Source: Amoebidium appalachense (taxonomy: Eukaryota > Protista > Ichthyosporea). From it: DNA of 64,000 nt. A program made the translations under genes and the position numbers. The notes beneath the pieces are model-generated. The model saw only the letters and a program-made list of their open reading frames with translations. It was not told where the DNA came from and ran no database searches. The DNA lies in contig CAVNZM010000012.1 of NCBI GenBank assembly GCA_963693365.1, positions 3,359,117 through 3,423,116 on the forward strand, given 5' to 3'. Below, in pieces: positions 45,798-61,582 of the stretch. Numbering within the stretch: position 1 is the first letter of the stretch; each line of letters starts with the position of its first letter.

Positions 45798-47409
45798 TGT
45801 GATGCCAATATGATTGGCTTAGCCGATCTATCCAGTTAATCCGGCTAGGTGACCAATGCGGGCAGAGCCCGACTCGGCGCAGCAGGCATAAAAACGGAGC
45901 AACAGGCTTGAAGCCAGAGGTTCCTTCCACAACCAAACTCTCGTCTTTGTTCCACTCTTCTTCTCCCACTCTCCAACGATTACAACTTCACATGGTAGCA
46001 GAGAGGTCTTTCCTCCTCGAAGGCTTCATTGCCTCGAGCCCTTCTCTGGACATCACCAAGCCATCAGCACGCTATGGGCCCCGTGCTGCGCTACAACTCT
46101 GCTACGCTGCCCTGCTGAGCGCTCTTCTTCTACGCCTGGCTTCTCTTCTGTCTGCACCAGGTCCCGCGCCAGCCCCAGACTGCAGCCCTACACAAGGAAA
46201 GTTTTTCGTTTCTCTCCAGCCCATGTTGCATGTCTGCACATCAGATGCGTGCACATCGTTTTTTCAAAGATCTTCAAAAGTCAAGCTTTATCAAAAACCG
46301 AGAACATGCCATTCATTCATGCTCTTGCTGCACTTTTTACATTTTCCCCACCATTTTCATGTTTTGCCATGACCATCACTAAATCAATCATTCATCCGAT
46401 CAGTTCAATCAATTGACGATCAACCATCAGTGCAATCATTTTCGAAGACATCGCAAATCACTACAATGCACGGATACCAACCAACAGTTGTTAACAACCG
46501 GCCACCCCCCTTCTTTTTTTCCACCTCTATAACCCGTTTATTTCAACTTCTAAGAAACCTTTACCTCTTACACTGGGCTGGCGGAACGTGGTTTAGGGGC
46601 ACAAACAAACAACGACGACTCTAACAGCCCGGTTGGAACCCCACGTCGACTCTGCCCTCGGTGCTTTCCCTTTGCAACAACATAACACAACTAACCAAAC
46701 CTAACCACACACACAACCACACCTGGAAACACCTGTTTCCGTCAACATCCCTTCTGGCCCTATTCAGTATCAACAACCAAGGTTCACAACATAAACACTT
46801 CTAACCACTGACTTTCCCTAGTTCACACACCCCAACCACCACGGCAAGAGCAACTACAACATCGTCCCATTGCCAGCAACAAGGACGAGGACGGTCACTG
46901 GAGCAACTCTGGAGACAACACTATTAGAAAACCTGGCTCCTATACCTGTGACCCCTCCCTAGAAAAAGACTAGTTGGCACAGGGAAAATGGAACGCTGAA
47001 AGGCCTTTTGGAGGTTTTACCGAGTAAGCAACCGTTATGCACATGCCAGTGTGCCCACCTTTATTGCACGTACATGCAGACCGTAACTCAGCCTGCATGC
47101 ATGTATGAGTGCTATGTAACTATTTATAATTTTTTTCAACAACCAACAAAACGTTTATATGTAGACTTTGCTTTACTGTCAAGCTCGGGGACGAGCTTGC
47201 TTGACCCCGTACCATGTGATGCCAATATGATTAGCTTAGCCGATCTATCCAGTTAATCCGGCTAGGTGACCAATGCGGGCAGAGCCCGACTCGGCGCAGC
47301 AGGCATAAAAACGGAGCAACAGGCTTGAAGCCAGAGGTTCCTTCCACAACCAAACTCTCGTCTTTGTTCCACTCTTCTTCTCCCACTCTCCAACGATTAC
47401 AACTTCACA
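45798..47409 (+). mobile_element. Non-autonomous LTR element (Gypsy-like)
   Basis: 195-bp LTRs 45798-45992 and 47215-47409 (TGTGA...TCACA, one mismatch seen); PBS TGGTAGCAGAG (initiator Met tRNA type); 4-bp TSD TAAT; non-coding interior. Confidence 0.93.
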
Positions 47410-47432
47410 TAATCCCTGTTCCCTGTGCCCTC

Positions 47433-47594
47433 ATTGGACACCTAGAACCACATGTGCCAGTCTAGATTCCGATTGGACGCCTTGTGCGGCAATTTGCTTT
47501 TTTGAGCCGAATTATCATTGGCCGCCCTGCGCATCCGTAATACCATTGGACGCCTTGTACATGGAATTCAGAATTCGAATTCCCATTGGACGCC
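47433..47594 (-). promoter_or_regulatory. Cluster of GGCGTCCAAT (CCAAT) boxes, likely promoter of the 45637 gene before LTR insertion
   Basis: ATTGGACGCC at 47472, 47545, 47585 (variant at 47433); same 10-mer at 42195. Confidence 0.5.
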
Positions 47595-47860
47595 TTGCGC
47601 AAACCTTCGCATTCCTTTGATCCGCACTTGTGTACGCACCACATGTACGCGTACACGTACGCGTACACGTGACACGCCCTCTCTCTCTTTAATTGTTTAA
47701 TCATTTAATTAAAACCACGTGCTCTGCACGTGTTTTACACACACACAGTGTGTGTGCACGTGCTCATGTACATATATCCACCCATATCACATATATGATA
47801 TCCCATATCGCGATATGTGTACACAGATATCACATATCTCATATTCACATATCCCATATC

Positions 47861-47932
47861 CTAAGGGGTGCGGGACCGCGTGAATGTGACGTCACTTGTG
47901 ACGTCACCATTCACGGGGTGCCGCGCCCCTTA
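47861..47932. other. ~70-bp imperfect palindrome, candidate viral terminus/origin
   Basis: TAAGGGGTGCGGGACCGCGTGAATGTGACGTCAC-TT-GTGACGTCACCATTCACGGGGTGCCGCGCCCCTTA. Confidence 0.5.
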
Positions 47933-48517
47933 TTGTAGTATATATATCACACGAATATAAATAATACGAGAGCCATATTGGGACCCCTTCCTGACTCGCA
48001 CGCACGCGAGTATACGTCGCGTTGAGGATGTACTTCATCAACCAACAATTAACATAACAACGAGTACACAGACCTGCCCGGGTGTACATACACGTCTGGG
48101 TGTTCACATCTTCCCCCACACATGACCTTTCTACGTAAACCGGGGATAGGCCTCGAGTAAACAGCGTTAACGTTATAACTTAACCGTCGGAACGTATGGC
48201 AACGGTGTCCGAAATATGTCCACCATATCGCCAACCTCACCGATCCGCCGAGAATCGATCCAATCACATTATGTACACCATGGGAATCCGCTTCTGATAG
48301 CAAATAGTGATTGGCTAAACCCAATCCGGTTTGCAATTTTTTGTCCGTTTAAGCCTGTACGCACGTTGTTTGCTCCATTTCTCTTACCCCTTCCCGCAGG
48401 TCCGCAGGTCCTTTCCCGCAGGTCGCCTGGTCGCAGGTCCCTTCCCGCAGGTCGCCTGGTCGCAGTTCCCCTTCCCGCAGGGCGCCTGGTCACAGGTCCC
48501 CTCCGCAGGTCGCTCAG

Positions 48518-49370
48518 CCACCGTGCTGAATGGTTTCGACCATGCTGCATGCTGCAGCATCTTCGCCTAACGGCTGAAAGGCCGTTTGAAGGTTAGTTTT
48601 GTGTTGCCTGCTTTTGTGCATGTGGCGTTTGTCTGTCTGGTCTGTGTCCGTGCCTGTGATTATGTCTGTGTCTGTGTCTGTGTCTGTGTGCGTGTGTGTG
48701 TATGTGTGTGTGTGCGCGTGCGTGTGCGTGTGCCTGCTGGCTGCAGATGCACGTTGCCTTTTCACGTTCCTGAACCAGCGACTGTGGGCACTACTTTTGC
48801 TGTTAGCACTATAGCTATCATCCCCTCCACCAGTCGTTCAAGCTATTTTCTGCTTCTCTAGGCTTCATAAGTTCTGGTCCGGGTTTCCGTCCTTACTATG
48901 TTTGAGGTTGGTTCTGTCGACTCTTTTTTTGCCCTCCGCAGGTTGCGCGGCCACCGTGCTGAATGGTTTTGACCATGCTGCATGCTGCAGCTTCTTCGCC
49001 TAACGGCTGGAAGGCCGTTTGAAGGTTAGTTTTGTGTTGCCTGCTTTTGTGCATGTGGCGTTTGTCTGTCTGGTCTGTGTCCGTGCCTGTGATTATGTCT
49101 GTGTCTGTGTCTGTGTCTGTGTGCGTGTGTGTGTATGTGTGTGTGCGTGCGTGCGTGTGCGTGTGCCTGCTGGGTGCAGATGCACGTTGCCTTTTCACGT
49201 TCATGAACCAGCGACTGTGGGCACTACTTTTGCTGTTAGCACTATAGCTATCATCCCCTCCACCAGTCGTTTGATCAAGCTATTTTCTGCTTCTCTAGAC
49301 TTCATAAGTTCTGGTCCGGGTTTCCGTCCTTACTATGTTTGAAATTGGTTCTGTCGACTCTTTCTTTGCC
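48518..49370. repeat. ~430-bp tandem duplication
   Basis: CCACCGTGCTGAATGG...GTCGACTC near-identical at 48518-48935 and 48951-49370. Confidence 0.9.
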
Positions 49371-51790
49371 ACTCTAGAGGTGGGTACCGGCTCTTTGTCC
49401 TATGGCTGCTGTTGTTTCCGTTTTTCGTTTCTGTGTTGCTCACGACCAGACACAATGAAGAGCTTTGTTGTTATCATGGGAGAGGACTCACAGCATTTTT
49501 TATCACATCTACTTACACATGTTGTAGGAGTTTGGTTGATTGTATAGATTAGATGGTTAGTCTTTTTGGGTGGAGGGGAATACGCTTTCAAGTTGCTTTC
49601 GCTTTTAAGTTGCTTTATGCATATCTAACATGCATTGTTCTCCAGGAGTTGGCGAACCACCAGGAGATTCTCCGCCGTCTCGAGAAGAAGGCCACAGAAG
49701 AAAAGGAGGAGAAGAAAGACTCCCCCCCCCAGGTCTTCCCCCCCCCCCCCCCCCCTGCCGACGACGGGGCCCCACGTGCTCAGCAACCTTCGACCCCCAC
49801 TGCAACCCCTCCCGGCCAGGCTGAGCAGATCAGTGAGAAGGAGACGCCGCCTTAAAATGCGGCCCCAGCCCAGCCTGTTGTGCTTGTGTGGTAGTTTTTT
49901 TTTTCTTTTTTTTCTTCTTTTTTTTTCTTTTTTTGTCATGATTCGTTTTGGTATTTTTTTTTTTTCATAAGAGTAATGTTGTTACGAGATGCGAGATAAA
50001 GTAGATAGTAGAGAATGGATGCCACCTGGGGTGGTATGTTAGTTGTGTTGTTAACTTGTGTGCTGTAGGATGCCACCTGGGGTGGTATATTAGTTGTGTT
50101 GTTTACTTGTGTGCTTGATGCCACAAGTACTTAGTAAAAAGAAAAAGTGATCATCTTCGTGTCTGTCTGCAGAACTGGAGGGAGGGAGGGAGGTGGGGGG
50201 GGGGGGGGGGGGGAGGGGTATACAAATTGATAACAATATGGTACGGTATGGTTAACATAAAAGTAAAATGTATATACCGAATACCACCCATTTGTTACCA
50301 AACGGGCATGTCAACGTATACAAATGGTATCGTAATGTCGTTTTAATGTTATCCGTAATGTATAAATGGTAAACATGTGTCGTTCTCGTGGTATACCTGG
50401 GTTCACCTTTGGTACATGAATTGTAGATTTTAGTTACCTGAAGTATAACTCTTTGTATAGCATTGGTGACTCCTGTGTTATCCCGTGGTATACAGGAATT
50501 TGGCATATTGGTACGAATGCGTCACCACTATGTAAAATAAAGTTAAATTTATGGCAACACAATGTCAACAAATGTATCCGTTCGGTGTCCGGCGTGGTAA
50601 GATGGTGTTACCGTAATGGTATATAATGGTTACCCCGGTATATCAAACAGTTATACCAATATGTACCATTATGGTGTCATTGTGTACCAACGTTGTACAA
50701 TCATGTATGCATTAAAGATACCACGTTTGTAACACTGTATATATTATGGTTACCAGACCGTGTAAAACTGTGATATCATTCTGTGTGACATGCTGGTAAC
50801 GGTGTGTTATACAGGGTGATACCACTGCCATACTGTTACACATAATTGTAACACGATGTTAGCAATCTGTATTTAGGGTTTGTACACTGGTAACATTGTA
50901 TACCCTCGTACGACATTGGTACCCAAAATGTTATAAAAAGATGACAATTCTATGAAAACTACTCCGGGACGTGTGTTGCCTCTAGGGGGACATCCCCTTG
51001 GACGAAAGTGAACCTGCAATGGTTGTAAACCACGGCAAGCCCCCAGTCATCAATTTATTGATCCGTGAGGTCCTTGTGCCCAAAAAACGGGGGAAGTCTT
51101 CGCCCCGTGAAAAAACAGCACGCATGTGTGGATCAATGGGGGTGAGTGTGGGTGTAGGTGGGTGGGTGAAAAGAAAATGTATAGCCGTAAGGGCTGTAGG
51201 TGCTCAACACAGAAGATGTGTTTGTAGCTTTCTGATCTGCTGAAAACTGTCTTGCTTATATACCTAAGCCTACCGACCTGAGCCAATTGAAAATCGATCC
51301 AGTGATATGTGAATCTGAATCGAACCAATCAAAATCGGTCTAGCGATATGTGGAATCTGATGTTTTGATTAGCTAATAGAGGCCCGTGTGCGAGCGGCCA
51401 ATTGCGAACTGCTAAAACACGAAACGAAGCCTACATGGTTATGTCAATATCGAACACCCATCCTACGTGTTTACCCAGAAAAATATTTATGTCAATAAAT
51501 TCCACAATTAAAACCTCTATGAAAACTACTCCGGGACGTGTGTTGCCTCTAGGGGGACATCCCCTTGGACGAAAGTGAACCTGCAATGGTTGTAAACCAC
51601 GGCACGAGAGCAGTATGCTTGCTCCAAAGGTTTCACTTAAGGATAGAGGCAAATTTTGGATTTTGTCCTGGTGCAGAGACTAGCGATCTTGCTAGCCCTG
51701 AGATCACAACCTAACCACTGCCGATGGTTGTGATGACGCCAGTAAAGGCGTGCTGGCTTTTACCCCAGCGAGAAGAGGATGAGAAAAAGA

Positions 51791-51863
51791 TGATCCCGAC
51801 GGGATTTGAACCCGCGACCCCTCTATCTCCGGTCGAGTGCTCTACCAACTGAGCTACGAGATC
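51791..51863 (-). tRNA. tRNA-like gene (anticodon position GGA, short variable arm), copy 1
   Basis: GATCTCG/CGGGATC acceptor, GCTCAGTTGGTAGAGC D-arm, GGTTCAAATCC T-arm, followed by TTTTT. C at position 33 and an anticodon-stem mismatch make it non-canonical. Confidence 0.7.
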
Positions 51864-52160
51864 GGTTAAGATCTCGCAGGCCACCAGCCGATCATGGTCT
51901 GATTCATGCGATCGGACTGGATAACGATACCATCTTCCAACATCCCCACTCAGGACGAATCGCAGAATCAGGTTAGGGTGGACTGCCCCCTCAGTCCCCA
52001 CTGAACCCCTGTTCATGCTACCATTTTGGATTTTGTCCTGGTGCAGAGACTAGCGATCTTGCTAGCCCTGAGATCACAACCTAACCACTGCCGATGGTTG
52101 TGATGACGCCAGTAAAGGCGTGCTGGCTTTTACCCCAGCGAGAAGAGGATGAGAAAAAGA

Positions 52161-52233
52161 TGATCCCGACGGGATTTGAACCCGCGACCCCTCTATCTCC
52201 GGTCGAGTGCTCTACCAACTGAGCTACGAGATC
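52161..52233 (-). tRNA. tRNA-like gene, copy 2
   Basis: Identical copy in the second direct repeat. Confidence 0.7.
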
Positions 52234-52329
52234 GGTTAAGATCTCGCAGGCCACCAGCCGATCATGGTCTGATTCATGCGATCGGACTGGATAACGATAC
52301 CATCTTCCAACAGCAAATACACGTTTGTT

Positions 52330-53330
52330 AGTGGCAGCAATGGGGGCCGGCGAAGTCGAGTATAGATCAGGGAACAGTCGGAAGATCATCTGCCAAGTTG
52401 TTGGATCCTGGAGTCGTCGACCCCGGCCTCGGCCAGGGCTGTGGCCCCCCCAATTCGGAGGCTGTGGCCGGCAAACCGGGAGGGTGAGAGGCCCGCCCGG
52501 GAGAGGAGGGCACGGAAGTCGTCAGAGAAAACACCCTTGGTGTAGGGAATGCCACCGAGACTGAACAGGGGGTCGTCAGGTTGACCGGATGTCGTATCCA
52601 GGAACTGCCGGAGGAGATGGGCTGGGGAGAAGTGGGTGAGAGGCAGGGCAGCTAGAGTGACGTTGACACTTAGGGCTGTACATCCATCTTGGAGGTTGGC
52701 AGGTGGAGGGTGGCATGGGACAAAGTACTGGTGGGGGTGTAGCTGAAGGTCACGTCCTTCCATTTCACGTGACGGGACGGGTCGAAGGAAGTCAGGGTCT
52801 TGGAGGTAAATTCCCACGAACGGAGGAGACCACAAAAACCGACGATGAGGGCCGTCCAAAGCCGGCGATTGGCTGAGGAGGCCTGGGTGGGGCACTGGCC
52901 ATGGAGTAGGCCGAGGTGGGAGGGCAGGAGGGGTTCTCTGGGAGATGATCGGGGTCGGATGTTGTGAGAAAAGCTGCCATCTGCCCACCCCTTGTAGGAA
53001 CCAGGCGAGCGACTTGTCGTGGGGGTAGGGAGCCGGAAGTCCCATGTCGAGGTGGAGTCTGGTGATAGCCGAATTGTAGCCGGCCAAGGAAGAGGCCTGT
53101 ACCCCTTGTTGGGCACACCAGGCAAGAAAGAGCTGCACGGTGTGTGGGGAGGCCGGGAGGTAGGACCCGGAGGAGGATGGCAGCCGAGATGCCACAAAAA
53201 TCGATGAACACTTTCTGCACCCGGGAGTAGAAGGCCCGAGAGTCGAGGTTGAGACTCAGGGCCTGGCACTCCTGCAGGGTAGTGGTGGCTCGAAGCAGCA
53301 CGGCCGGAGCAAAGTGGGGGGCCAATCTGC
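52330..53330 (-). pseudogene. Tyrosine recombinase of DIRS/Ngaro type
   Basis: GFCGLLRSWEF (Arg), LPTSKMD (Lys), GHSLRIGGAT, QQLGR*SS..IYTR (Trp codon changed to stop); frameshifted. Confidence 0.9.
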
Positions 53331-53334
53331 CAGC

Positions 53335-53590
53335 GTTGCTCCGGAAGGGAAGATCGGGGGGGGGGGGAGGGGAGGGGGGGGGGGGGTTGAGCCCAGGGGA
53401 AGGGAGAGGGCAAGTGCCGGAAGGCAGCCTGCACGTCTGCCACTGCCATGTAGCAGCCGGGGCCTGCGTCGAGAATGAGCTGGGGTCCCGGGCTTGAATT
53501 TTTTTTTTTTTTTTTGTAGTAACGGCGCCGATGGGGGAGGAACGGAGGACCGGAAACTCAGCAAGGAATTGGTCCGGGAAGAGGGTGGCC
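53335..53590 (-). pseudogene. Deleted reverse-transcriptase remnant of the YR element
   Basis: SSPIGAV, ADVQAAFRHLP and LPF fragments. Confidence 0.55.
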
Positions 53591-53686
53591 GCGCTGGTGG
53601 CCGAGGGGGGGCTGGGCCTCCGGGTCTGAGCCTCGGGGGAAGGTGTGGTTAGCAAGGGTGGGGCACCCTCGGGGAGACCCCGGCAG

Positions 53687-53721
<35 letters not shown>

Positions 53722-53744
53722 CAGGGCCCCGGGGGGTTTCGAGT

Positions 53745-54450
53745 AGGGCAGCTGGGCCCGAGAGAGGTTGCAGGCAGGGCAGCGGGGCCATGTGCAGGGG
53801 ATGCCCGAGCACGCAGGGATGCGGGCGGACACAGAGTTAGAAGGGGGGGGGGGGAGGGAGTGCTAGGTGAGTGTAAGGGGGGGGGGGGAGGCTCGTGGGA
53901 TGGGTGGGGAGTAAAATTATGTGCAGTGGCCAGAATAACGTCTTTGTGTAGGGACATGTATTCTGTGGCGCGCGCGGGCGCCGTAGGTGGCCTGCAAAAA
54001 TTTTGTACTCAGCCCTAGTGGCCCGTGCTCCCGAGCTCCGTGTCCCTGTACCCGTGTATCCTAGCTCCTAGCCCCTATGTTCTATCTTGTGTGTGCGGGC
54101 AGCTGGGCCCGAGGGAGGTTGCAGGCAGAACAGCGGGACCATGTGCAGGGGATGCCCGAGCACGCGGGGATGCGGGCGGGCACAGAGTTAGAAGGGGGGG
54201 GGGGGGGGGGGAGGGGGAGTGCTAGGTGAGTGTAAGGGGGGGGGGGGGGGGGGGGCTCGTGGGATGGGTGGGGAGTAAAATTATGTGCAGTGGCCAGAAT
54301 AACGTCTTTGTGTAGGGACATGTATTCTGTGGCGCGCGCGGGCGCCGTAGGTGGCCTGCAAAAATTTGTACTCAGCCCTAGTGACCCGTGCTCCCGAGCT
54401 CCGTGTCCCTGTACCCGTGTATCCTAGCTCCTAGCCCCTGTGTTCTATCT
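53745..54450. repeat. ~360-bp tandem duplication
   Basis: GGGCAGCTGGGCCCGAG...CTAGCCCCT repeated at ~53745 and ~54098. Confidence 0.85.
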
Positions 54451-56524
54451 GTGTGTGTGGGTGTGCGCGTAGACTAGGCATTAGGCTTGCAGTCTTTGCG
54501 GGGGTGTGTGCCAGAGCAGAGCGGGCACACGTGGGAGAGGGGGCAGGGCTGCTTAGCGCAGGACCGACCTTAAATGTGGAAATTCATGTAGTGTGTGGCG
54601 GGTAGCTCCACCGATCGGGCCGGTGTTGCCAGGCCGGGGTGCGGGTCAGGGCGGTTGGGGGTTTGTCCCCTGCCGGGCTTGTGGGGCGGTGTGAAGCCAT
54701 CAAGACCACAGCCGGGCTTGGGGTACTACATGGGACAGGCCTGAGGGGGGGCTTCAGGGGTAGAGGGGAGAGTGGCTTGGAGGGTCCGTGGTGGTGGGGG
54801 CCGCCGGAGGCGCGTCAGTGCCCGCGGGAGCGTTGGGCAGCTGGTTGCGGAGGTCGCGTAATTTGAAATTCGTTTGGAGGGGCGTCGAGCCTGAGGGTTC
54901 TTGCTGCTCGGGGGTTACTGGGAAAGCCGGAACAGGGAGGGGAGGAGGGGCTTTGACGGGATTGGTTTTGGGATCAGGCATGACGGAGGCAGGGTCAAAG
55001 GCAGGTAAGTCCGGACGGAGAAGGTTAACTGGGTCGGGCCAGGGGCTTTTGGAAACGGGGGGCGGGCAGCACGGTAGGCTGGCTGGGCAGAAACGTGGAT
55101 GGGCAGGCAGCACGGTAGGCTGGCTGGGCAGAAACGTGGATGGGAACGACCGGACCTGGCAGCATGTGTAGCTGGCCGGGGTCGGGTGGCAACAGGGGGG
55201 GAACAGCTGCAGGGGAACTGGGGCCGTGCAGGGTTTGGGGTAGCTGAGATCTCGACGAGGCTGGCCTTGTGATCTGAGGAAAAATGCTGCTGGAATGCGG
55301 GGCAGACCAATGGAATGTGAGGTATCCATCGACAGTGAAGTCATGGTGGGGGGAGACATGGCGGGAAACAGGGTGGGAAAACAGGGAAGGAGGCGGGTTG
55401 AACACGGTAAGCTGTTCTGGCAGGGACTTGGGGTCAGGACTCCTGAACAGTAGGAAAGCACAAGGTGCTTTGACTGGGTTTAACATAAGCGACGCGATTG
55501 GAGTACCGTGTTTGAATACTCAGAAGGCAATCGGGCAAGGACTATGAGCGAGGATAGTCAATGCGGATCGAAGCGGGGTGTGAAATTCTAGGCCATCGGG
55601 ATTGAAAACGGGGTTTGAAATTAGACGAGTGGTAGGGACTTAGATCACAGCGGCGCGGCGCGTGAGGGAGCATGTCAGGAAATCTTCTTGAAGTGTCGAG
55701 GAACTTGTAGTGCGACTAGCCCTAACCGGGACGGAACTGGCAGGAGTGCAAGCCTAACTTGTGAGGAGGACACGAGGGCAAGCTGAACTTGCAAGGATGG
55801 CACGATTGTCAAGGTGTGACAGAAAAACTGAAAAGAAAATGTATAGCCGTAAGGGCTGTAGGTGCTCAACACAGAAGATGTGTTTGTAGCTTGAATCGAA
55901 CCAATCAAAATCGGTCTAGCGATATGTGGAATCTGATGTTTTGATTAGCTAATAGGTGCCCGTGTGCGAGCGGCCAATTGCGAACTGCTAAAACACGAAA
56001 CGAAGCCTACATGGTTATGTCAATATCGAACACCCATCCTACGTGTTTACCCAGAAAAATATTTATGTCAATAAATTCCACAAATAAAACCGTTACCCAA
56101 AAAAGCTCGGGGTGATGTTTGCTGATGCAGCCGCTACGCAGATGCCAAGATCTTGTGCTGTCTACGGCTGCACAACTAATTACAAAGGGCACGAGAGTGC
56201 ATCTTGTTTTGCTTTTCCTAACAAAACTAAAGAGCCCGAGCATTTTCACAAGTGGGTCAGTATCTGCAAACACCAAGACTTAACGGTAAATAGTAACACA
56301 AGCTGTATAGGACATATTTGTATCAAGCATTTTAGGCCCGAACAACTTGACCTAGGTTTTGACTACAAAGATCCTAAAACAGATATATCTCGGTTTATTC
56401 AATAAGTTAAACATTCCCACCCGAGGTGCAAAGAGAATCAGAATCAGATTCCTTGCATATTCAACACAGAACTGAATATAATCATAAAGGTCTGGAAAAG
56501 ACACCCAGGAGAAACCCAGAGGAT

Positions 56525-59634
<3,110 letters not shown>

Positions 59635-61582
59635 ATAGACGAGAAGAGCAAAACAAACGAGCAAAGCTCCAGGAAGAGGCTGATTCGGAAGGCCCGGCTA
59701 AAACAACGTGACACCATACACTCGTTCAGCGAGTTGTGCGACAACTTCTTAGACCGTCTAAATAGCGTAGGCACGCTGGGGCTCTGGAAAGTCACACAAA
59801 CGAGCAGTGAAAGCATACAAGCGGTACTGCTGACAACAGTTACCCCGTCATTTCCCGGCGGGGTGCCCTTTCCCTTTGTGGGAGCAGTGGTAACTGTTGA
59901 TCATAACCTTTCTGCAGTGCCTGTTGTGCACACACCGTCTGTGTTTGGGGCTACATCTTATTCGGTTTCGGTTGACTCGCACACGTCACATTCTATATCT
60001 CGGTGGTCCGAGTTGTACCAGTTACTTCATTCGTGCAAGGAGAAGGCCAACTCAGCAAAGCCAACGACAGTGGGCATTGGGAGCGAGCGTGAGCAGATAA
60101 AGGCGGTGCTGCCAGTGCCGCGCCCTCCTCTAGCGCTTGCCAGAGAATTCTGGAGCAACATCTCCGGGAGCTAGTCGAGGAAGCGGAGTCGGACGAATGC
60201 GAGCAGGAGGCACGCTTTTTCGGGTTCATCTGCGAACAGCTCCGTTTGTTTTCAGTCCCAAAGAACAACCGGAGGTACGAAACCAACACGTTTTTATTTT
60301 CCCTCGAGCTACGCTCACGATCACACACGGCCTACCATGCACTATCCCGCAGCGGCTTTCTAGTACTTCCGAACGATCGCACACTAGATCACAAATCCAA
60401 CGGTCTTTCTCCAACCGCCGCCCTTTCTCCGGACGGTGCCAACCTCTTATACCTTTCAACACGCCAACAGCAGTGTGAACCGCACGAGTTGCTTTGCATG
60501 ATACAGTCCGACGAGATCCACGTGACCAATTCCACCGATTTTTGCTGGGGTATCCTTGTTGGTGCAGCTGCTAACAAACAAACGGAATCGGCCAAGCAAG
60601 TGGACCAGTCATTCTACCTTTATTATAGTATTCGAGGAAAATTTCGGGAAACACTCCTTCTATACCCGGTGCAGGGCCAGGACGCAAATGTCCTCAAGGA
60701 GGGGACCAAGAGTAGCATTCAACAAGCGGTGCGCGCGGGCTTTCTTCCCATAATAATTGTCGCCGACGGAAATAGAACAAACAGCAGCTCTTTTTATGCC
60801 CTTGCTCGGGAGGCCGGGGTCGACACGAAAAAGGGCCTTCCAGTTCGTATTCCTCACCCCTTTTTGGACGGTTATCCTTTGTTTCTTCTTCACGATACCA
60901 ACCACCTCTGCAAGACTATCCGCAACAATTGGCTAGCCGCAACCAAATTCTATTTTCTTGATTTCTTCGACGAGAACTTTCCGGGTGGTGTTGTTCCGGG
61001 GGGCTGTGCCGACTTTAACCACTTTCGCTCCATTCACTTTTCCCAGGTGGATCTCTTGGTCAAATTAGCCCCAAAACTCACAGCCAAGGTATGCTTTCCC
61101 AGCCCATACGAGCAACAGCGCACCAATCTCGCTCTTGCTATTTTCTATGAAAACTACTCCGGGACGTGTGTTGCCTCTAGGCGGACATCCCCTTGGACGA
61201 AAGTGAACCTGCAATGGTTGTAAACCACGGCAAGCCCCCAGTCATCAATTTATTGATCCGTGAGGTCCTTGTGCCCAAAAAACGGGGGAAGTCTTCGCCC
61301 CGTGAAAAAACAGCACGTATGTCGCCCCCCTCCCTCTCTACTCTTATTCTAAGCTTCCGTCACTATATAAGATGATAATTACAATCCTAAATACAACATG
61401 TGATCGAAATCCAGAAAATCGTCAATTTTGGAATTTTACCTATCATAGTTTGGAATTTATGAATTTTATAAGAATCTTAAATTGTAATTAACAGATTTAT
61501 AAGATAGAATAAGTAATTTAGTACGATTAACATTGTATGTTAGGAATTAAATTAAATCATTCAATGTTAGGAAATAATAAAG

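Larger units (their letters stand above)
51653..55620 (-). mobile_element. Decayed tyrosine-recombinase retrotransposon (Ngaro/PAT-like split direct repeats)
   Basis: 290-bp direct repeats 51653-51942 and 52023-52312 around an 80-bp spacer (B-A-B layout); YR and RT remnants upstream on the minus strand; 5' A repeat not found. Confidence 0.75.

Noticed and set aside
49556-49855. Host exon after a GT...CTAAC...CAG intron (ELANHQEILRRLEKK...)
   Set aside because: Plausible splice signals, but no upstream coding exon or homology could be established.
51791-51863. Functional tRNA-Ser(GGA)
   Set aside because: No long variable arm, C33, an anticodon-stem mismatch, and location inside retroelement repeats; kept only as tRNA-like.
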